Notes under the pieces: generated by a model
Told to the model about the DNA's origin: nothing
Database searches by the model: none
The model's input: the letters and a program-made list of their open reading frames with translations, nothing else
Shown: in pieces, positions 56,012-64,000 of the stretch
Position numbering within the stretch: position 1 is the stretch's first letter
How the letters are laid out: each line of letters opens with the position of its first letter
NCBI GenBank assembly: GCA_965242525.1
Contig: OZ251459.1
Span: 576,001-640,000 of the forward strand
DNA: 64,000 bases
Direction: 5' to 3'
DNA from: an uncultured Candidatus Binatia bacterium
GTDB lineage: Bacteria; Desulfobacterota; Binatia; UBA9968; JAJDTQ01
Program-made: the position numbers and the translations under genes

Positions 56012-58405
56012 TTACGCGCTCAGCCCGAAGTCCTGCACCGGCTCGCTCTCGTCGCCCAGTTCCGGGCAGAAGGTGTCCACCTGGAGCAGCGCGGCGCAGC
56101 CGGGGCAGTAGTACTCGACGAAGCAGGCGATGTAGGGTTCCCCGGACGGCGTCTTCTGGCCGGACAACTTCTCCAGGTCGCGCTTCCGCCTCAGGGCGTG
56201 GCGCTTGTAGTTGTCGCCGGCGCGGCAGTAGCGGTGGCCGCACCGGGTGCAGCGGACCACCTCCCGGTCGCCTTCCCGCGCGATGGCCAGGCACGGATGG
56301 AACCGCAGCATCTCCGCGCCTGCGGCGTTGTCCCGGCCCCTCGCCTCGTCGGTGGTCGGCAGCGTCTCCGCGCCTGCGGTGTTGCCTCGGCCCCTCGCCT
56401 CGTCGGTGGTCGGCAGCACCTCCGCGCCTGCGGCGTTGTCCCGGCCCCCCGCCTCGTCGGTGGCCGGCAGCGACTCCGCGCCTGCGGGGGCGGCTTGCGG
56501 CGCCTCGGGCAGCGTGGACGCGGGGCCGGCCAGGGGCGCGCCCGCGGCCCGGCGCTCGGCCAGGATGGCTTCCCGCCTGCGGGCGGTGGCCTCGGGGTCC
56601 ACCGCACCCGCTTCGGTCAACGCTACCCCGAACACCTCCTCGGCGATGCGGCGCGAGGCCACGCCCACCCGGACGTCGCGCCGGACCTTCTCGGGGTCCC
56701 GCTCCAGCGGGTCGCCGAAGCCGCCGCCTCCGCCCACGAAGTCGGCCACGATGCAGTATTCCGGCAGCGGCACCCGGCCCTGGAGTTGCGCGGGGTGGGC
56801 CAGGGCGCCCCAGCCCTCGCTTTCCAGTTGCCCGGGCCGGACCGGGTATTCGCCTTGGCGCAGCCGCTGCATCAGGGCTTCGCCGTCGGTGTGGAACACC
56901 GCCCGCACCCCGCCGATGCCGGTGGGGTAGCCGCCGAACAGGCCGGCGCCTTCGGGCAGGCAGCCGTAGGGGGGGTAGTTCACGCTACAGTCCCGGGCGC
57001 CATAGACCATGTAGATCCGGTAGCTGCCGGCGCCTCCGGTGTTCTTGCCCGCGCCGCCCCCGTCCACGTGGTGGTTGCGGGTGAAGTAGATGAACGGGTA
57101 CTGCATCTCGATGCGCTCGATGTCGCTGATGCCGCCGCCCGGGATGTTCATGTTCCCGCCGCAGTGGACCCCGTCCCGCAGCGGCGTGGCGCCCAGGCCC
57201 GCGCCGTGGCCGTCGTAGAGGCCCTGGGCGGTGACCAGCCCCTCCCGGTTGTGGCCGCCGTAGAAGGCCAGCGGTCCGCCGCTGTACCAGATGCCTTGCC
57301 ACGCGGCGTTGATGTCGTCGTACCCGCCGCTGTAGAGCATGCGCGCGATGCAGTCGCTCAGGGCCACCTTCGCGGTCACTCCCACGGCCGGGGCGTTGCC
57401 GCACGCCGCGGGGAAGCGGCAGTTGAGGATGCTGCCTTCGGGTATGGTGACCGAGACCGGCTCGAACTTGCCGTCGCTCCAGGGGACGTCCCAGAAGAGG
57501 AAGTCCGTCAACGCCACGGCCAACTGCGCCATGGTGCCGGCCAGCGTGGAGTTGGAGGTGTCGTTCATCTGGCCGCTGGTGCCGCGGAAGTCCAGGTGCA
57601 TCTCCTCGGCCTTCTTCTCCAGCCGGCACGCCACGTGGTAGGGCTTGACGCCGCCGCCCTTGCGGTCCCAGGCGGTGCCGGGGATGACGGAGGTCCACAC
57701 CCCGTCCGGCAGGCTCCGCAGCCGGGCCCGGGCCATGCGCTCGGAGTCCTCGATGACCTTCTTGCCCGCAACCTCCATGAAGTCCATGCCGAACTTGTCC
57801 ACCAACTCCAGGAAACCCCTGGCGCACACGTTGTTGGAGGCGATCTGCGAGCGCACGTCCTGGCCCACGTACTCCGGGTCCCGGCACTGCTGGGTCAGGC
57901 ACCGGAAGACGTCCTCCCGGAACTCGCCCTTCTCCACCACCTTGGCGCCCTGGATGCGGATGCCCTCGTGGTAGATCTCCGTGGCCACGCCGCGCAGCGA
58001 GCCGCCGGTGTCCGCGGTGTGGATGCTGGACGCGATCCAGTGGGTCAGCGCGCCCCGGTAGAAGACCGGCTTCATGATCAGCATGTCGTAGGTATGGGCG
58101 CCGGCCACGTAGGGGTCGTTGAAGAAGAGCTGGTCGCCGTCGAAGAACCCCGGGCTCTCGCCGTACCACTCGATGACCTTCCTGATGGCGTCCGAGGTGG
58201 CCGCGGCGAACCGCAGGTGGCCCGAGCACGCCAGGATCATCACCCCTTCCGCGGTGTAGAACGAGGCCATGCACTCGCCCCCCTGGGACACGATGGGAGA
58301 GGCGGTGACCTTCTGGATGGACGACCGGCCTTCCTCGCCGATGGCCCATAGCCGGTGCAGGAACATCTCGTACCGGACCGGGTCCAGCTCGCTCGTGTCC
58401 GTCAT
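56012..58405 (-). CDS. Hydantoinase B / acetone carboxylase alpha-like protein fused to an acetone carboxylase gamma-like Zn domain
   Basis: FNDPYVAGAHTYD, HTADTGG, EIYHEG, DIERIE, GGGGGFGDPLERDP. C-terminal RCTRCGH...NYK...EYYCPGCAALL. Confidence 0.85.
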   Translation of the reverse strand: MTDTSELDPVRYEMFLHRLWAIGEEGRSSIQKVTASPIVSQGGECMASFYTAEGVMILACSGHLRFAAATSDAIRKVIEWYGESPGFFDGDQLFFNDPYVAGAHTYDMLIMKPVFYRGALTHWIASSIHTADTGGSLRGVATEIYHEGIRIQGAKVVEKGEFREDVFRCLTQQCRDPEYVGQDVRSQIASNNVCARGFLELVDKFGMDFMEVAGKKVIEDSERMARARLRSLPDGVWTSVIPGTAWDRKGGGVKPYHVACRLEKKAEEMHLDFRGTSGQMNDTSNSTLAGTMAQLAVALTDFLFWDVPWSDGKFEPVSVTIPEGSILNCRFPAACGNAPAVGVTAKVALSDCIARMLYSGGYDDINAAWQGIWYSGGPLAFYGGHNREGLVTAQGLYDGHGAGLGATPLRDGVHCGGNMNIPGGGISDIERIEMQYPFIYFTRNHHVDGGGAGKNTGGAGSYRIYMVYGARDCSVNYPPYGCLPEGAGLFGGYPTGIGGVRAVFHTDGEALMQRLRQGEYPVRPGQLESEGWGALAHPAQLQGRVPLPEYCIVADFVGGGGGFGDPLERDPEKVRRDVRVGVASRRIAEEVFGVALTEAGAVDPEATARRREAILAERRAAGAPLAGPASTLPEAPQAAPAGAESLPATDEAGGRDNAAGAEVLPTTDEARGRGNTAGAETLPTTDEARGRDNAAGAEMLRFHPCLAIAREGDREVVRCTRCGHRYCRAGDNYKRHALRRKRDLEKLSGQKTPSGEPYIACFVEYYCPGCAALLQVDTFCPELGDESEPVQDFGLSA
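56312..56487. repeat. In-frame 54-bp tandem repeat (3.3 units) in the interdomain linker
   Basis: AGAE(S/V/T)LP(A/T)TDEA(G/R)GR(D/G)N(A/T) three times. Confidence 0.88.
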
Positions 58406-58426
58406 GCTCGGACCTCCCGTTGCCGG

Positions 58427-59503
58427 CTACCGGAGCGCGTACAGCTCCACCGGGTTGTCGTAGAGGATGCGCGAGACGCTGGCCGGGTCCAGGGACTCGC
58501 GCCGCCGGAGCAACTGGAGCGCGTGGATCTCGGTGGAGGAGTCGGCGTGGCCGTAGTCCGTGCCCATCACCAGGCGGTCGTCGCCCACGTACTCGATGAC
58601 GTGCTCCAGGTCGTCGTTGGTCTGGCACGCCACCCAGATGTTGTTGTCGGCGAGTATGCGTTCCTCGAGTTTGCCGCCCCGGCGCTCCACCCGGCGCTTC
58701 AGGTCGTTGATGAGGTAGGGCAGCCAACCCGCGCTCAACTCGATGATGCCCCAGCGGAGCTTCGGGAAGCGGTCCGGCAGGTCCGACATGACCAGCAGGT
58801 GGAACGCCCCCAGGCCCACGAACTTGTTGCGCTGGTAACCGCACAGGGGCTTTCCCCAGATCCGGTCCATGTCCGGGCTGTTGGTGCCCGAGTGTATGCA
58901 CACGGGCATGTCCAGGTCGCTGGCTTCCTCGTAGAGGGGGAAGAAGTCCGGGTCGTTGATGAGCCGGTTGCGGTAGTCGAGGCCGGGGACGTTGACCGCC
59001 ACCGCGCCGTTGTCCCTGGCGGCGCGCAGCTCCCGCCGGGCCTCGGGGATGTCGCTGACCGGGACCACCGCGGCCCAGCGGAACCTTCCGGCGCCGCGGC
59101 GGTGGATGTCCGCCATCCAGCGGTTGTAGCTCCGGCACAGGGCCGTCTCCACCTCGGGCCGGTCCGTGAGGGGGTGCACCCACAAGGTGGGGTAGAGGAC
59201 CTGGAGGTCCGTGCCGAGCTCGTCCATGTGGGCCACCCGGGCGTCCACGTCCAGCATGTACTTGGCCTTGAGGTCCAGCGGGACGTTGTCGAGGAAGGTG
59301 CCGGTGATGGCGTCGCTCCGGGCGCCGCCCCCGGGCCACGGGGTGCCGACCTTGCGGTCGCCGATGACCCAGTACTTCAGCACCTCGCCCGTCTCCAGCC
59401 GTTCGTAAACCGCCCCCGGCTTGTATTCCCGCTCGGAGGGGTCCAGGTATTCCCAGGTCTCGTCGATCTCCACCACGTGGGCGTCGGCGTCGATGGTCGG
59501 CAT
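58427..59503 (-). CDS. Amidohydrolase family 2 protein (ACMSD/LigW-like)
   Basis: IDADAHVVE, QVLYPT, YNRWMAD, PVCIH, RFPKLRWGIIE, MGTDYGHAD. Confidence 0.9.
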   Translation of the reverse strand: MPTIDADAHVVEIDETWEYLDPSEREYKPGAVYERLETGEVLKYWVIGDRKVGTPWPGGGARSDAITGTFLDNVPLDLKAKYMLDVDARVAHMDELGTDLQVLYPTLWVHPLTDRPEVETALCRSYNRWMADIHRRGAGRFRWAAVVPVSDIPEARRELRAARDNGAVAVNVPGLDYRNRLINDPDFFPLYEEASDLDMPVCIHSGTNSPDMDRIWGKPLCGYQRNKFVGLGAFHLLVMSDLPDRFPKLRWGIIELSAGWLPYLINDLKRRVERRGGKLEERILADNNIWVACQTNDDLEHVIEYVGDDRLVMGTDYGHADSSTEIHALQLLRRRESLDPASVSRILYDNPVELYALR

Positions 59504-59600
59504 GTTCCCCTCCCGGCTTGCAGGTTCGGTCCGCGGGCGGCGCGGATCAGTTCGCCACAAACGCGGGTTCCTGTCAAATTGGAACGGGGCGCCGACCGCC

Positions 59601-59648
59601 GGATTCCCGCCCCCGCTTCCGCGAGGACATGCTTTCGCGGGAATGACG
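59601..59648 (-). repeat. Type-A long-loop palindromic repeat
   Basis: GGATTCCCGCCCCCGCTTCCGCGAGGACATGCTTTCGCGGGAATGAC. Confidence 0.85.
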
Positions 59649-59757
59649 AGGGTGCGGCGCCGCGTGGATTACGGGGGTGCGGCGTTGCGGGGATTGCGAG
59701 GCCGGCGTCCGGGCAGGTTCGCGAGCCCGCGCCTTCCGGCCGGGCAGGGGAGGGGAC

Positions 59758-61443
<1,686 letters not shown>

Positions 61444-61554
61444 GCCGCGGCAGTTGGGGAAACTGCCCGCAGTGCGGCTCCAAGGGCTTCGAGCGGCAGG
61501 GTCTCCCGGCGTGAGGTCGTCGGAGGACCGGAGGGTTCCGGCCAAGCCGACGGT

Positions 61555-61583
61555 TTGACATATAGATGTCTTGCCTGTATGCT
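61555..61583 (+). promoter_or_regulatory. vapBC promoter with overlapping operator palindrome
   Basis: TTGACA-17-TATGCT; GACAT-N4-ATGTC at 61557-61570; ATG 8 nt downstream. Confidence 0.75.
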
Positions 61584-61591
61584 CGGGCATC

Positions 61592-61834
61592 ATGCGCACG
61601 ACCGTACGACTGAGCGGCACGCTTCTGCTGGACGCGAAACGCGAGGCGGCCAAGTCCGGCACGACGCTGACAGCGCTCATCGAAGAATCGCTGCGCGAAC
61701 GACTGGCTCGAAGCAGCGCGTCTGGACCGAGGCGGCGCGTCCGGCTTACGACCACCGGGAGCGGAGGGTTGCACCCGGGCATCGACCTGGACGACGCCGC
61801 GTCGCTGCTCGACGCAATGGAGGGTGTGGAGTGA
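61592..61834 (+). CDS. vapB: VapB-type RHH antitoxin
   Basis: MRTTVRL..LL..AKREAA..GTTLTALIEESLR...GGLHPGIDLDD. Confidence 0.85.
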   Translation: MRTTVRLSGTLLLDAKREAAKSGTTLTALIEESLRERLARSSASGPRRRVRLTTTGSGGLHPGIDLDDAASLLDAMEGVE

Positions 61835-62262
61835 TCCTGCCCGACGTAAACGTGCTCGTCTATGCGCACCGCGAGGACGTGCGCGACCATCGAGCCTATC
61901 GAGACTGGCTGGAATCGACGATCAACGCCGACTCCGCCTTCGGGCTGAGCGATCTGGTGGTCAGCGGGTTCGTGCGCATCGTGACGCATCCGCGGATCTT
62001 CAGGTATCCAAGCTCGTTGACGGATGCCCTGCAGTTTGCCGAGGACCTTCGGGGGCGTCCCAACCGGGTTGCCATCGCCCCGGGGCGCGACCACTGGCGG
62101 ATTTTCCGCCGCCTGTGCGAGGAGGCCGGCGCGAAGGGCAACTTGGTTCCCGACGCGTGGTTCGCCGCCATGGCCATCGAGCACGGATGCGAATGGATCA
62201 CCGCCGACGGCGACTTCGCTCGTTTCTCCGGACTCAAGTGGCGGCGCCCGCTCAAGTCGTGA
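61831..62262 (+). CDS. vapC: VapC PIN-domain toxin
   Basis: ILPDVNVLVYA, FVRIVTHPRIF, GNLVPDAWFAAMAIEHG, TADGDFARF. GTGA overlap. Confidence 0.92.
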   Translation: MILPDVNVLVYAHREDVRDHRAYRDWLESTINADSAFGLSDLVVSGFVRIVTHPRIFRYPSSLTDALQFAEDLRGRPNRVAIAPGRDHWRIFRRLCEEAGAKGNLVPDAWFAAMAIEHGCEWITADGDFARFSGLKWRRPLKS

Positions 62263-62284
62263 AGTCCGGTTCCCGGCCCGGAGT

Positions 62285-62412
62285 CGTCATTCCCGCGGGT
62301 CGCCCACGCCATCATTCCCGCGAAAGTCCCACCCCCGTCATTCCCGCGGATCGCCCACGTCGTCATCCCCGCGAAAGCCCCACCCTCGTCATTCCCGCGA
62401 AAGCGGGAATCC
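62285..62412 (+). repeat. Five tandem type-A units
   Basis: (G/A)TCAT(T/C)CCCGCG five times; the last copy is a full GCGAAAGCGGGAATCC palindrome. Confidence 0.85.
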
Positions 62413-62475
62413 ATGCGGAAGCGGGGCGGGAACCCGGGGTTCCTTACTCGGGTAGCATACCGGCCGGACGCGGGC

Positions 62476-63279
62476 TCAGTTGCCGGTTTCGCTGGTGGGC
62501 GGGTCGGCCGGCGGTCCGGCGCCGAAGCGATAGAGCACTGCCAGGCGGACCATGCCGAGACGGTTCTTCACCCGGTAGGGACAGGCCCGGTTGGGGCCGT
62601 CGGGACCGCAGCGGTTGTTGCCGGAGCGGTTGACGTGACGGGTGCGCCGTCCGAAGTCCAGGTACGAGCCGTCGATGCGCAGGCTCCAGGCGTGGGCCAA
62701 AGGCGCTTCGACGCCCGCGCCGACGACCCAGCCGACCCGGGTGGAGTCGGCGCGAAAGGAATCGTCCGGGTCCACGCTTCCTTCCGGGTCCACGACCCGG
62801 TTCGGGATGAAGTCGATGTCGGTCAACGAGTCGGCGATGCGGGCCAGGGCGATGCCGCCGGCGGCGAACAGCGTCAGCGGCCCGAGGGGCTGCTCCACCC
62901 CCGCCCGGGCCGTGGCGACCCAGCGGTACTTCGATACCGCGGTCTCGTCCCGGGCCCCGGGGTCGAGCCGGCTCGTCCTTGCCTCCAGGTTGGCCCACGC
63001 GCCGTCGATCTCCAGGCGGAGAGGCACGCCGCCCGCCGCGAGACCCTGCCCCAGGAGCGCGCCGCCCACCGCCCCGGTGTCGCTGTACTCCACCGCCCAC
63101 CCGCGCTTGCCCCAGTTGGAGAAGCCGTCCACGTCCACGAACTTGTTGTATCCCCAACCGGAGCCCACGAAGGCGCCCGCGTACGTCTCCCTCCACTGGA
63201 AGCCTTCGGCCCCGGCCGCGCTGGCCAGGAACAGGACGGCCGCCAAAGCCGTTGCCGCGTACCTGACGCCGAACCTCAT
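62476..63279 (-). CDS. Outer membrane beta-barrel protein (Omp25/RopB-like, 8-stranded)
   Basis: Signal peptide, W..YAG.FVG.GWG, TARAG, GWVVGAGVE, WSLR...YLDFG, VLYRF. Confidence 0.8.
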   Translation of the reverse strand: MRFGVRYAATALAAVLFLASAAGAEGFQWRETYAGAFVGSGWGYNKFVDVDGFSNWGKRGWAVEYSDTGAVGGALLGQGLAAGGVPLRLEIDGAWANLEARTSRLDPGARDETAVSKYRWVATARAGVEQPLGPLTLFAAGGIALARIADSLTDIDFIPNRVVDPEGSVDPDDSFRADSTRVGWVVGAGVEAPLAHAWSLRIDGSYLDFGRRTRHVNRSGNNRCGPDGPNRACPYRVKNRLGMVRLAVLYRFGAGPPADPPTSETGN

Positions 63280-63339
63280 GGATCACCTCCGGTGCAGGGT
63301 CGAGCAGGGAACCCTTTCAAGGATAAGCCACACTATTTT

Positions 63340-63636
63340 GGCGCTTTCGGAATTCGCGTGGGTTGCGATACTCCCCATCCCGTCATCCCCGCGAAAGCCT
63401 CGCCTCGTCATTCCCGCGAAAGCGGGAATCCATCCAGTTTCCTCGCTCTCGTTGTACAAACCTCTCATACAGGACGCCCATGGAGTTTGCTCGCAGGGTC
63501 TGGATTCCCGCCCCCGCTTCCGCGAGGACATGCTTTCGCGGGAATGACGAGGGATGGGCGTCTGCGGAGCAATGACGGCGTGATCCCTTTCGCTCCCCTT
63601 TCCTCCCACTTTACCCACACAAAAGCCGGAAGAGCC
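63340..63636. mobile_element. ISL3-like composite MITE with inverted, MITE-free core
   Basis: Ends GGCGCTTTCGGAATTCGCGTGGGT / (revcomp) GGCTCTTCCGGCTTTTGTGTGGGT. The core at 63432-63501 is the reverse complement of the 47514-47720 core minus the nested MITE. Confidence 0.75.
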
Positions 63637-63738
63637 CTTTCAGTGATAAGCCGTTGGCGGCGAAGGTCGCTTTCCCTACCTGCCACGAGTGTTACGGCGT
63701 GCAGCGTCCGACGTAGGCGGTTCGGCCTCGAGGAGCCG

Positions 63739-64000
63739 TCAGTGCCGGTAGCCTCGGAGCCGGTCGTATTCCTCGATCTGCTCGGCCGTGAGTTCGCGGG
63801 CGCTCTCCATGTGTGCGAGCAAGTGGATCGCCTGAAGCTGGCCTCGCATGACGCCCAGGTGTTCGGCAATGCGTTTTACGTCCGCTACGGAGGGCCGTTC
63901 GCCGACGGCTGCCGAAGCGAAGAGGTTCGCAAGGCGGCGTTCCGCCATGAGTATATCTTCGCCCTTGGCGATTGCCTGTGCTCGCATCTTCTCATGGATC
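63739..64000 (-). CDS. Spy/CpxP-like periplasmic protein, C-terminal part (5' end beyond window)
   Basis: MRAQAIAKGEDI..AERRL..LF...HLLAH....LTAEQIEEYDRLRGY (LTxxQ motif). Confidence 0.65.
   Translation of the reverse strand, partial: IHEKMRAQAIAKGEDILMAERRLANLFASAAVGERPSVADVKRIAEHLGVMRGQLQAIHLLAHMESARELTAEQIEEYDRLRGYRH

Overview
This is a high-GC (about 70% by eye) bacterial chromosome segment from a diderm, selenocysteine-using organism (tRNA-Sec present). By inference, the gene content resembles uncultured Deltaproteobacteria/Binatia-like, possibly host- or sponge-associated, lineages. Most of it is catabolic, transport and housekeeping genes: an S8 protease, a UbiD decarboxylase, a carboxyltransferase, cysDNC-manC-wecA, a GMC oxidoreductase, dppBC with an aminotransferase, arsS with its glycosyltransferase, TTT and TRAP transporters, hydantoinase/oxoprolinases, a CoA transferase, ssb, ettA, and HicBA and VapBC modules. 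The unusual part is 24.6-38.2 kb. It holds a tandem array of four AAA-ATPase + PD-(D/E)XK nuclease paralogs, three with their own promoter, that are segment-shuffled mosaics of each other. It also has a 62-bp-period CRISPR-like repeat triplet, a Slam/T11SS-like translocon flanked by two low-GC TbpB-like lipoproteins, and two TM-coiled-coil paralogs after ssb. Intergenic DNA carries nested non-autonomous elements: ISL3-like ends (one copy has an 8-bp TSD) enclosing a dRS3/REP-like inverted doublet, whose core occurs in both orientations and carries an IS5-like MITE. Both empty and filled MITE sites are in the window. All calls come from motif recognition by eye, with no database searches.
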